A stretch of DNA of 63,776 bases, filler included, from Craspedostauros australis (Eukaryota), in NCBI GenBank assembly GCA_030167865.1. It is 9 parts of 9 records of this genome, joined end to end, with 100 filler letters (N's around TTAATTAATTAA, not from the genome) between each part and the next. Parts side by side here need not be neighbours in the genome. Positions count along the whole stretch, not along the records: positions 18,138 to 27,545 come from JALAGF010004944.1; positions 27,646 to 34,811 come from JALAGF010004945.1; positions 34,912 to 37,029 come from JALAGF010004946.1; positions 37,130 to 49,398 come from JALAGF010004947.1; 5 more parts are not named here. One strand, written 5' to 3'. Of the stretch, positions 25,958 through 37,324 are shown piece by piece (the first letter of the stretch is position 1; the number at the start of each line of letters is the position of its first letter). The notes below the pieces were generated by a model, which was not told the DNA's origin, searched no databases, and worked only from the letters and a program-made list of their open reading frames with translations. Position numbers and translations under genes: made by a program.

Positions 25958-26480
25958 CTAATACAGGTCCTTGATCCGACTCCACAGCTCTTTGTTCACA
26001 GGACACTCAATGCGAAGTTGCCGTCCCTTCCTCACGATGAAGCCGTTGAGATGATCGATTTCAGTTTCCCGCATGTTGCGGGCATCCTGATTCATGGACG
26101 ACCGATTGTTGGCGGTATCACGGATCACTTCGCCCACAAACTGAAGCAACGACGTCTCCTCCAGACGGTTGTCGATCGTGCCGCAAGCTTTCGTGACGGC
26201 CGCAACCTCTTCCGTGACACCCACCAAGTACTCTGGAAACGACGGCTCCATGAGGAGCTGTCCGTTGGGACACCGCAGGATGGCCGTCAGTGGATTGATG
26301 ACGCAGTTGGCGGCAAGCTTTTGCCACAGGAGGATGTCCATGTCGTGTGATGACAACGCCTTGCCGTGCAATCCCGATTGTTGCCACAGAGTGGACATCT
26401 CATTCGCGAAATCCGTGTTGGTCTCGGTCTGTTCAATGTAGGACTTGCCTTTTCCCGCGTAGTCTATGTGCTGGATACTG
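25958..26480 (-). CDS. Ketopantoate reductase (PanE/ApbA) C-terminal domain; N-terminal domain not found, possibly a fragment
   Basis: Motifs LWQKLAANCVINPLTA, N.SSM.QD and R.TEID.LNG.IV..G. Confidence 0.75.
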
Positions 26481-26724
26481 TATTGGTACCGATCAAAAGT
26501 GAAAAGGAATTGGTCGTCCGATGGAAGTAGGAGACTTCCAACTTCTGCTGCTACGACTACGACGGACATTGTGTATCACTCCAGAGCCATGCCACACAAC
26601 ATTGTTTGTATGTATGTACTGATATCGCAACGTGCCGCATCCCACCGAATATTGGCAGGCATGGGCAGCACTTGTTTCTCCGAACAAAGATGGCAAAACC
26701 AGCAACAGCAGCAGCATTTCTGGC

Positions 26725-27545
26725 TCACTGCTGGTGCATGTATCCTTCGTCACCGTCGCTCCGTCTCTCATTCCTCGCCTGGGGACCGTTCGTGGAATTG
26801 CTGGGATCTTCGTCGTCCGTCAAGGTCGCAGCCTGCCCCCGCGCGATGCGCTCACCGCCCAGCATGTCCTTGGCACGGTCGCGGAATTCCTGCATCTTCA
26901 GCGGCGTGAGCTGCTTCGTGCCGAGCCTGCCGGTCTGCAGCGTCTGATCCACGAGCGTTTGGTAGATGGTGTGTTGGTGTTCGTCGAGGAAGCCGCCGCC
27001 GTCGCCACCAGGGTGAATGCCACCGTGGAAGGACTTGTCGAGTCGCAGCACCTCGTCCTTGACGGAACTGCGGAACAGGCCCGGGCTGGCGAGGATGCAG
27101 AAGAACGGCAGCATGAAGACGAGCGCCCAGCCCATGACGAAGACCATGCCCACGCACTGCGCACCGAGCAGGTGGAACAGTTTTGTATCGGCGTCGTTGA
27201 AGATGCCGTGGAACAGACCAGCATGGTCCGAGACGCCGTACGCCTGCTGCATGCGCGTGGGCGATGCAAAGAGACCGACGCTGATGAGGCCTCACGCATC
27301 GCAGAACATGTGGCCGGGGACGGCGTTGACGACGTCATCGATGCGCCAGCGAACGAGCAAGGCGGAACCGGCCAGGTACAATATGCCGCCGATCATGCTG
27401 ATGAGGACGGCCGCCCAAGGTTCGACGACACCGCATCCTGCCGTGATGGAGACCAGGCCGCTGAGGACGCCGTTCATGGCAGGATCGAGATCGTAGTGCG
27501 CCTGGCCTTCGATGATGTCCTGCGCGATCATGTTGACGATGAGGG
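26725..27545 (-). pseudogene. AMT: Ammonium transporter (Amt family), C-terminal part, with in-frame TGA
   Basis: Motifs NGVLSGLVSITAGC.VVEPWAA, IDDVVNAVP.H, GLFAS and GLFHG. TGA at 27294-27292 sits where the conserved Trp of 'G.WG' is expected. The 5' part lies beyond the contig end. Confidence 0.85.
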
Positions 27546-28527
27546 NNNNNNNNNNNNNNNNNNNNNNNNNNNNNNNNNNNNNNNNNNNNTTAATTAATTA
27601 ANNNNNNNNNNNNNNNNNNNNNNNNNNNNNNNNNNNNNNNNNNNNCGTCAGAAAAGCAAGACAGGCGCACGGAAAGGAACCCCTGAGACATGACCAATGA
27701 CGCCGTGCTGCATCGCGACGTTTTTTTTTATTTTATCGCCAAATAAATGAGTTACTCGAAGGAGTCAGAAAAAAAAACAACCCACTTTCGGGTTTCGGAC
27801 CGAAATGGGTGTTTTTTTTTTGCAACACGGGACATCGTGGAGGAATGTGGGACTTAAGTAGTACGTTGCCATTTTCGGCGACCTTCCGTTTGTCTCCACA
27901 GGCAAATGGGGGTCNNNNNNNCTGTGGAGGCAAATTGAGACTTCAATTTGCCTGTGGAGACAAGCTACGTAGAGTTTGTCTCCACAGACATGAAAACCCT
28001 CATTATGGATATCGATTGCGTACTTGTGAACACAAATAAAATGTCAAATAGAAAATCGATGTTTCGTGATTTTGTCATTGCATCGTTCTTTGCATGTTGC
28101 ACAGTGTTCTATTTCGTCTGTGAAACAGGAGGATGATTTGGACTTACGGAACAGAGAGTGATGTCACGATCAGAATTAACCTTCCGAATACTCGAACAAG
28201 TGAAAGCACACGAACCAACTCTTGCACAGTGTTTCAGTGACAGAAACGCGGAGGCATGGCGCCGGACAAGCAGTCTAAATGTGGAGATGCTGTCCTCTGT
28301 TTGTATGGTACGGTTTAATTGGTATCTACATACATTGGTACATCAACTATTGATGATACTGCGATGGGTACCAAAGGTCAACAAGGATGCGTCAGACCAG
28401 GGTGGGAGGCGACTGGGAAATTGGTCTCCCGCAGCTCCCAACGTCGGCCACCACGACACGGTGTCGAACCGATGATAAAATAGATAAGTGGAAATCATTT
28501 CACAACGGAGGAATAGAATAGTATATT

Positions 28528-28891
28528 TGTTACGACATAAGGTGCTGCGGAATCGAACCGCTCTGCCTACCAGGCCACCTTAGTCGAAACTGCTACTGTC
28601 TAGATACAAATACCTGTTCTGACACCCTTCCTATTGGTAACTAGACTAGCCCTTCAGCCCCTACCAGCCCTTCCGGCTACGTAGTCAGACCGCTCACACT
28701 CTATGTTTATCCTCCCGCTGTAGGGAGACGGCATTTCGTCCCAGTCGCCAACAAGGCATGATGTTTTCGAGGACTCGAACCCGCGACCTTACCATGTTAC
28801 GACATAAGGTGCTGCGGAATCGAACCGCTCTGCCTACCAGGCCACCTTAGTCGAAACTGCTACTGTCTAGATACAAATACCTGTTCTGACA
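28528..28891 (-). mobile_element. TRIM (miniature non-autonomous LTR retrotransposon), 364 bp
   Basis: Two identical 97-bp TG..CA direct repeats at 28528-28624 and 28795-28891. On the minus strand a TGG-starting PBS directly follows the 5' LTR, and the purine tract AATAGGAAGGG directly precedes the 3' LTR. Flanks are tATATT / cATATT. Confidence 0.92.
28805..28849 (-). ncRNA. Mini-tRNA-like structure inside the TRIM LTR (second copy at 28538-28582)
   Basis: Sequence TAAGGTG-GCCT-GGT-AGGC-AGA-GCGG-TTCGATT-CCGC-AG-CACCTTA forms a 7-bp closing stem, a small hairpin and a T-arm with a perfect B-box (GGTTCGATTCC). Confidence 0.7.
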
Positions 28892-29523
28892 CATATTATG
28901 ATCGTGCGAGTTGCTCCACAACATGACAGTCCGACCTGAAGTACTCCGCGAGTGCACACTCCATGTGCTTCGAGCAACGATGGATGGAGTATCATCGTCG
29001 CTGGTGTCATCACCAGCAATGCTATCGACATCATCGTTCTCCTCGTCAATGAATGATCGCGGACGACACGATGTTGGCGTCACAAGCTCAACGGCCAATA
29101 CGTGGAGACTCACCTTGAGAACAATCGATCGTGAAAAGGCCAGTCGGCACCTGTCACGTGATGTACGAGCATCGTGGACATTGACAACAACCCGCACTGC
29201 GCCACGCTACCGATGCTGCCACTACCAAACCAAGGCCAACGACCTGCAAAAAACGAAACAGCGCAAAGCATCATAGCACAACTCCGCTCATCTTCGTTGC
29301 AAGGTGAGGCGAGGCGAGATGTGACGAAACGAAACACGGCAGAACACGACGAAAACGAAACGAAACGAAACGAAACAGGTGTGACAACACAACACGATGC
29401 ATGATGAGACGGAACATGAGATCATGAGGGAAAGGCGTATTCTGGCAGCTCCATCCAACCATCTCTTCGAAGCTGTGTTCATAAAATGAATGAATCCTCT
29501 GCACAAATCAAACTTCTATCGCA

Positions 29524-32500
29524 TGTTGGTGCAGTAGACTCTGAGCGGAACAAAACCGCCGGAATGGAATCCGGACGGAGCAAGGACGCGAATGCCAACC
29601 ACCGATGCAAATCAACGGCTGGGAGCCATCATCAACATCATGCTGCGCAGCACAAGGCAAACAGCAAGAAGATGGCGAACAAGAACAACAAACAAGCAAA
29701 ACAGGCAAAGCAAACAAAAGCACACAAACTTGTGTAAACTATCTGATTACACCACCCACAACAATCTCACTTCTCTGCTTCTAGTCTATCGCTCCGGTTC
29801 ATTGCCGGGTTGGGACTGTGGCAAGAGTTGTTGTTTCAACATAGTTTACACAAGTTGCCCGCTCTATCACTGCGATGAGCAAAGAAACCAAGCCCAACCC
29901 GACAAAGCCCAAGGGCGGCGTTGGGAAGGCAAACAACCAACCCAGACGTTATCCGACGCCCCGCAAGTCCACGTTCACTGGCGCGTGCGAAGCACTCGAT
30001 GGACGTATCTTTGACTGTTCAGCATCCCGCACTAAGCAGGTGCTCCAGTACACAAAGACTCTTGACGCCATCGTGATCTACGCTGGAACAATGTACAGCC
30101 CGTACGTGCGAAAGGCCCTCGACAACATGGAGCCAACGACCTTCGATCCACCAGTTCGATACGCGAACGACGCGGACGACTACACCAAGGACCTCTGGAG
30201 GGCTCAATACAGGACGTACAGCGCACGAGTGGAGAACTACAACACCAAGATGATGGAGGTCTACGCCCTCATCCTCGGACAGTGTACCGACCTCATGCGC
30301 AGCCGTTTGACTGAGTCAACTGGCTTTGCCGCTGCCAAGTCGGCGCAAGACCCACTCAAGCTCCTTGAAGTCATCAAGAACGTGTCGTTCGATATCAACT
30401 CCAGTGAGAACATCGCCGTCACCATCTACAAGGCAATCAAGGCGTTCTACGCGATCCGCCAGACACCTCATCAGCCACTCCTTGAATACTACGAGACGTT
30501 CCTCTCACAGATCGAAGTCAACAAGAGCATTGATGCCAACCTTACTGGACATGATGGCCTCAACGACATGGCCGTGGAGCTGTCGGCACACGATGAACTG
30601 ACCGATGACAATCGGGCCAACATCCACGCGATCCGACGCGAGCGATTCCTTGCAGTCGCATTCTTGGAGGGCGCCGACCAGGGACGCTACGGCAAGCTCG
30701 TCGAAACCCTTCACAATGACTACCTCCTGGGCAGCAACAACTATCCAAGTGGCGTGACCGATGCATACAAAATGCTTGAGAACTTCCAGAACAACCCCAA
30801 GTACAACTCTGAACCTGGCGGTCCAAGCAACAAGGGCGCGGCCTTTGCCACCGTTAACGGCGCCAACAGCAAACCAGCAGGCACCGACGCCAGCACTCTC
30901 GTCACCGCAGGTGCGCCACACGGAGCCAACGATGAAGGAGATCACAACTACCACAACTACGCGCTCAACCAGTCGCCCAATCCCATCCCGGACACATGGT
31001 GGCTGCTCGACAACCAGTCAACGGTCGACATCTTCGCTGATGGTGGATATCTCTACGACATCCACGAGGTCGATGAATACCTCACTGTTCACTGCAACGC
31101 CGGGACAGCAACCACCAACCTGATGGGCACTCTCCCAGGGTACGGCGCAGTGTGGTATCATCCTGACGGAGTGGCCAACATACTCTCGCTCAGCAACATC
31201 AAGGATCGTTTCCGCATCACGTTCGACAGCGCTGGTGACAACCGGTTCATCATCCACAAGCCGGACGGCACCACCAAGGCCTTCGAAGAGTCCAGCTCTG
31301 GCCTCTACTACCATGACACGACAGTGTACCGCGGATCTGTCCTGGTGACTACTGTAGCGGGTAACAAGTCTAAGTTCTCGTCTATCGATTACTCACGTGC
31401 TCAGCTTGCCCGTTCTGTCCAGCAGCGCATTGGTCGTCCGTCCACTCGCAACTACATCAAGTATGTAAACAACAACATGATCCAGAACTGCCCCGTCACC
31501 AGTAAGGACATTCGCAATGCCGAGCTCATCTTCGGTCCTGATCTCGGATCACTCAAAGGCAAGACGGCTCGCACCACATCACCGCAAGTGCAAGCAGAAA
31601 TCACTGCTTTGCCCTTCTCCATCCTGCGTCAGTATCAGGAAGTCACACTCTCCGTGGACATCATGAAGGTGAACAAGATCCCATTCCTCGTCACCATTGC
31701 AAAGCACATCAAGCTTGGCACTGCTCACAAACTAGACTCCGAGTCTAGCACATCCATCACCAAGAGCATCATGATGATCGTGCGGGTCTACCAACAGCGT
31801 GGATTCAAGGTGGTCATGGTCCTCACCAACAACCAGTTCGAGCCCATCCGCGGCGCACTCGCAGCAGCAGGGACAGCGCTCAACGTCACAGCTCGTGACG
31901 AGCACGTCCCAGCAGTTGAGAGATACATTCGGACTATCAAAGAACGCACCCGCAGCATGTACAACGCGCTGCCATTCAAGCAGTACCCGCCAGGCCTCCT
32001 CATTGAGATGGTATACACCGCTGTGTACTGGCTGAACATGTTCCCGCATCACGACGGGATCTCCAAGCGAATGAGTCCGGCTGAGATTGTGGTTGGACGC
32101 AAGCTTGACTTCCACAAGCACTGCAAGGCGGAATTTGGAACGTACGTGCAGACGCACGAACAGCATGACAACAGCATGCATCCCAGAACCATCGCAGCAC
32201 TTGCACTGCGACCATCTGGAAACGACCAGGGAAGCTACCACTTCTACAGCCTTCTCACCGGAAGGATCCTGCACCGTAACAACTGGACGGAGTTGCCGAT
32301 GCCAGATGCTGTGATTAAACACGTTCACGATCTTGCCAAGCAGAAGAAAGGCCAGAATGACATCGTGTTCACAGATTCACACGACAACATCGTGATGTTG
32401 CCGACCATCGGTGCAACCAAGGACGATCCCAATGACGCAGATTACGATCCAGATGACGAATCTGAGGCCAGCGAAGAGTCGCTTGATGCTGACATCGAGT

Positions 32501-34811
32501 CAGATGAGGATTCCAATGACGATGACTCGGACGGCGATGATGCCGATGATGATGATCCAAACGATGCGGACTACGATCCCGCTGATGAGTCGGAGGCCAG
32601 CGACGATCCGCTGGAGCTCTATGTCGGCGCAGAGGGCGGCAACGATGATGATGATGAAGAGGAGGAGGAGGAGGAGGATGAGGAGGCGGATGACAGTGGC
32701 AGCGATGATGACAGCACCTTTGTCCCGAGTGACGCGGACGAGGACGATCACGACGATGATCACGATCCTGATGCTGCTGGACTTGAGCAAGAGGAAGCCG
32801 GCGCACTCTTGCCCGCCAAAGAGACAATGGACCAGCCAGCCATTGATCCGCTGATCGCACCCATCCATGACGTCGTGCACGAGTTCGTCAACGAAATGCA
32901 AGCTCGGCCAGGTGGTCCCAATGATCCAGGAGTGGACGGCGCTGCCGATGAACAGGAACCGGAGCAGGAAGGACGCCGCACTCGTGGAGGACCGCGACCT
33001 GACTATGCCAGGCTGCACAACGTGGGCACCACCGACACAGGAGCCCATGCAACGATGGTGCAGGTGTCAACCAATGCGGAGGACAAAGTCTGCGATGAGA
33101 AGGTGGGATACACTCTTCTCACCGAGCAGATGAATTGGAAGAGAGGCCTCAAGCTGTTCAACGAACGCGGAGAGGATGCAATCAGCAAGGAGCTGAAGCA
33201 AGTGCATGACATGGAAGGATTTGAGCCAAAGCATTGGCATCAGCTCTCCAAGGACGAGCGTCGCAAGTCGCTGCGATACCTCATGTATCTGAAGGAGAAG
33301 CGCACCGGTCTCATCAAGGGACGGGGGTGTGCGGACGGCCGACCACAGCGGCTGTACATGACCAAGGAGGAAACCAGCTCCCCCACCGTCTCCCTGCTCG
33401 GACTGATGCTCACATGCATTGTCGATGCACACGAAGGGAGAGACGTTGCCACCGCCGACGTCCCCGGAGCATTCCTTCAGACCACTTTTGACAAAGGCGA
33501 GATCGTGCATGTCCTCATTGAAGGACGCATGGCTGAGCTACTTGCCAAGATCGCTCCTGATGTGTACAAGAAATACGTCAACCAGAAGCGAGGACAATCG
33601 TCCATCTACGTGCAGCTGACGAAGGCGCTGTACGGAACCCTCAAGGCCGCACTTCAGTGGTGGAAGGATCTGACGACCACCCTCGTGGAAGATGGATTCA
33701 CCATCAACCCATACGATTGGTGCGTGGCCAACAAGGACGTCAACGGCAGCCAATGTACTGTCGTCTGGCATGTCGACGACCTGAAGATCTCTCACAAGGA
33801 CAGCTCGGTCGTCGACGATGTGCTCCAGATGCTCAGCGAGGCATATGGCAAGCACAGCCCGCTCGCTGTCACCAGAGGCAAGGTCCATGACTATCTTGGC
33901 ATGCAACTGGACTTCTCCAATCCCGATCAGGTGCAGATTGGCATGAGCGAGTACATCAATGGCATTCTCGAAGGAGTACCGGCAAACATGCATGGCAAAG
34001 CCACCACGCCAGCAGCTGAGCATCTGCTCGACATCAACGAGAACAACCCAGTCAAGCTGGATCAGGAGACAGCCGATCTGTTCCACCACACCGTGGCCAA
34101 GCTGCTGTTTCTGTGCAAGCGTGCACGACCAGACCTGCAGACCGCAGTCGCATTCCTGTGCACTCGTGTCAAGGCACCTGACGAGGATGACTACAAGAAG
34201 CTCACCCGCGTTATCAAGTATCTCCGTTCCACCAAGGATATGACTCTCACTCTTGGAGGGTCCTCGCTCGAGAATGTGCAGTGGTGGGTCGACGGATCCT
34301 TTGGCGTGCATGGCGACATGCGCAGCCACACTGGAGCACACATGTCCACCGGGGCCGGCACCATCTACGGCGTGTCGACCAAGCAGAAGCTGAACACCAA
34401 GAGCTCAACGGAAGCCGAGCTCGTTGCCGTGGACGACGTGATGCCGCAAGTGCTCTGGACTCGATACTTCCTCGAGGAGCAAGGCATCAAGGTGGAGCCA
34501 ACCACCATCCATCAGGACAATCAAAGCACCATGTTGCTTGAGAACAACGGCAGGGGCTCAAGCGGCAAGAAGACGCGTCATATCAGTATGCGCTATTTCT
34601 TCGTCAGCGACAGGATCAACAAAGGACAGATCTGTGTCAAATACTGCCCGACCGACGACATGATCGGCGATTTCTTCACCAAGCCAGTGCAGGGATCCAA
34701 GTTCCGCAAGTTCCGTGATCTCATCCTCAACCGCACAGAAGCCAATCCAACCAAGGCCAAGACCTACAAGCAGGCCCTCATTGGATCGAAGGAGTGTGTT
34801 GGTGCAGTAGA
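29524..34811 (+). mobile_element. CoDi-type Ty1/copia LTR retrotransposon, nearly complete (3' LTR cut by contig end)
   Basis: The 5' LTR is 29524-29841 (TGTTGGTGCAGTAGA…TTCAACA). The same start recurs at 34797-34811 after the purine-rich GAAGGAGTG. There is a single gag-pol ORF. Confidence 0.95.
29875..34811 (+). CDS. Copia Gag-Pol polyprotein (Gag, protease, integrase, RT, RNase H)
   Basis: Protease WLLDNQST; integrase VDIM…HVPAVER; RT DVPGAFL, KALYG, HVDD; RNase H VDGSF, SSTEAE, QDNQS, DFFTKP. Domain order is copia-type and the ORF reads into the 3' LTR. Confidence 0.95.
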
Positions 34812-36363
34812 NNNNNNNNNNNNNNNNNNNNNNNNNNNNNNNNNNNNNNNNNNNNTTAATTAATTAANNNNNNNNNNNNNNNNNNNNNNNNNNNNNNNNN
34901 NNNNNNNNNNNTCTCCATCTTCCGTGATTCCGGAGACCTTGACATCGCCCATGTCACCTTACGTCAAACGACCCCAATACCTGCCACTTTCACCCGCGGA
35001 ACGGTGGCAGATCCTGCAAAGGATCGGATCTCCTCCAAACCAAATCAAGAAAGCCATCACNNNNNNNNNNNNNNNNNNNNNNNNNNNNNNNNNNNNNNNN
35101 NNNNNNNNNNNNNNNNNNNNNNNNNNNNNNNNNNNNNNNNNNNNNNNNNNNNNNNNNNNNNNNNNNNNNNNNNNNNNNNNNNNNNNNNNNNNNNNNNNNN
35201 NNNNNNNNNNNNNNNNNNNNNNNNNNNNNNNNNNNNNNNNNNNNNNNNNNNNNNNNNNNNNNNNNNNNNNNNNNNNNNNNNNNNNNNNNNNNNNNNNNNN
35301 NNNCAACCAATCGCCATCGTATACGAACGTGATGAAGCGTCGTCTCGATTCCGACATCGCAAGGCACATCCAGTCCGTGCCATTTTAATAGCATGCCCAT
35401 GCTGTCCTTGCGCAAAGGGAGATCCACTCGGAATCACTCAAAGCAATACACTTGAGTGCAATTGCAAAATGGGATGGGATAGTGTGGTGTGGCAGTAACA
35501 GATAACATCACCTCTCTCTCTCTCTCTCTCTCTGGTGTTGCTTGACGGAGGTCGTCCGAGTACTCAATCTCTTGCGTCGACACCACGATCACAACAGTAA
35601 GAATCAACAACGAATGAGGACAGAATCAAGGTGTTTCGAAAAGTGCGGGACTTGTGCCATCTTGTGCGCACGCATTCTTTTCTCCTTCAACTTTATCACC
35701 GGAATCGTCGCGACCACCAATGACGTAGTTTTGTTCGGTGGAACTCTAATTGCTTGGTGAGCTGATTCGTCAGTTGAGTTCTCTGGACAGAATCTGTGAC
35801 TTTTCGCGTGTGCTTGTGGAGTCATCACACCGTTCGCGTTTGTCTGTCCCATAATTATCATTGTCACTCAGACAAGAAAAGGCATCGCAACAAGATAGCG
35901 AAGATGGAGGTGTCTTGCGCACAATTTGCCTGTCCGAACAACGCATCCGATCAACACCATGACGCATGTCACGAGTTGTGGTACCCACACGTTTTGTTCC
36001 TCCAACCTTCCCACAACCAGTCTGCCTCCAACACACACAGAGAGGGGACTGGAGCGTCTGATCATTCACAAGAGGGCGCGAGTGTCGGCACGGTATGGAA
36101 CTGCGTTTCTGGGAATGCCAAACGCATAGCCACTCCTCAGCCAGGTCATTCACCACGAAGAAAGCAACGACTGCTGTGGCGACATCATCATCCTCCTCCT
36201 CCAAAGAAGACAGTCAGAGCACCATCTCTCCAAGAGCGCGATTATTCGCACGAGTAGATAGTGATAGATAGAGACCCCCGCATCCTCGTACCTCCGTTCA
36301 TGCCTCCATTCGTACCTGCACTCACTGCCAACAAGTCAATCACAAACAAACGAACCCGATGCG

Positions 36364-36954
36364 ATGGGACAGGATCGCACTGATGCGCAGTACATAGCGA
36401 TGGGCGTCGCGATGACGACATCCAGCCTGCTCTCCATTGTGGGATCATCCTTGATCATCTACATGGCCAGACGCGACCTATCCTTGGTCTACCATCGCAT
36501 CCTCATCGTGATCTCCATCGCGGACATCATCGCTGGTGCATTCAATGCNGTCCATCTCTTCCTCGTCCCGTCCGACCGCACGGACAGCCCCATCGCATTC
36601 GGAAANGACACGACGTGCACCATGCTCGGTTTCGCCCTCAACAGCGCCCCCATGATCATCACGCCGTACAACACCTTCCTGGCCGTCAACTTTCTGCTGC
36701 AGATACGGTACCGATGGACGAATCAACAAATTGCAATGCAGATCGAGCCGTACGTCTTCCTCCTCACGATTCTCATGGCCGTCTGCATTCCCAGCGTCGG
36801 GCTCCTCCAGAATTCATTCGCATTGAACTACCTCAGCGGGTATTGCATCTTTGGCACGTACTACTCCGACCGGAAAGGATTCAGCCCGAACACAGGCACA
36901 GCACGCTCTGTTTTTGTCGTTCAGCCAGCCTCAGAAGCTGCGGGAGAAATATAA
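36364..36954 (+). CDS. GPCR-like multi-pass membrane protein, N-terminal four helices (appears truncated)
   Basis: Segments SSLLSIVGSSLIIY, YHRIL..ISIADI, CT..GF and LAVNFLLQIRYRW….IEP follow the pattern of cAMP-receptor/Git3-like 7TM proteins. Similarity is lost after about 36862. Confidence 0.7.
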   Translation: MGQDRTDAQYIAMGVAMTTSSLLSIVGSSLIIYMARRDLSLVYHRILIVISIADIIAGAFNXVHLFLVPSDRTDSPIAFGXDTTCTMLGFALNSAPMIITPYNTFLAVNFLLQIRYRWTNQQIAMQIEPYVFLLTILMAVCIPSVGLLQNSFALNYLSGYCIFGTYYSDRKGFSPNTGTARSVFVVQPASEAAGEI

Positions 36955-37129
36955 AACCACACAATCAAGTGCTGGTCGAATAAAAAGAAGCACGCCCGAC
37001 GGACCCTGATAATATGCGCTTAGAGAGTGNNNNNNNNNNNNNNNNNNNNNNNNNNNNNNNNNNNNNNNNNNNNTTAATTAATTAANNNNNNNNNNNNNNN
37101 NNNNNNNNNNNNNNNNNNNNNNNNNNNNN

Positions 37130-37324
37130 AGAGAGGATCTCGCGTACCGACTCATAGTCGGAGACTGAATCTACGAAACAGATTGAAGCGCCGAGAGCAT
37201 CGGGCAAGAGAACAGCGTACACCGAGAGGATCGGAGTAGCCAAGTAATGAAATAGCAAACAGACGACTATCAACCAACACCATCTTCCACGATCGTAGGT
37301 TACCGTGAGCGGAACTTGCCAACA
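37130..37324. mobile_element. LTR-like terminus (…GGAACTTGCCAACA), same family as 16013-16209
   Basis: Clear diverged repeat of 16013-16209, ending at the same CCAACA. Confidence 0.7.

Noticed and set aside
27292..27294. Alternative genetic code (TGA=Trp) or selenocysteine
   Set aside because: It is a single case accompanied by other damaging substitutions, and TGA terminates intact genes in this window.
17508..27545. Nutrient-uptake cluster (SIT + AMT)
   Set aside because: The two genes are on different contigs separated by a linker.
26632..27597. 321-aa plus-strand ORF
   Set aside because: It is the antisense shadow of the GC-rich AMT sequence. The same applies to 6401-7003, 14427-15101 and the ORFs antisense to CoDi.
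28528..28891. Simple tandem duplication or tRNA gene pair
   Set aside because: TG…CA ends, PBS, PPT and flanking duplication indicate a TRIM, and the B-box sequences lack a full cloverleaf.
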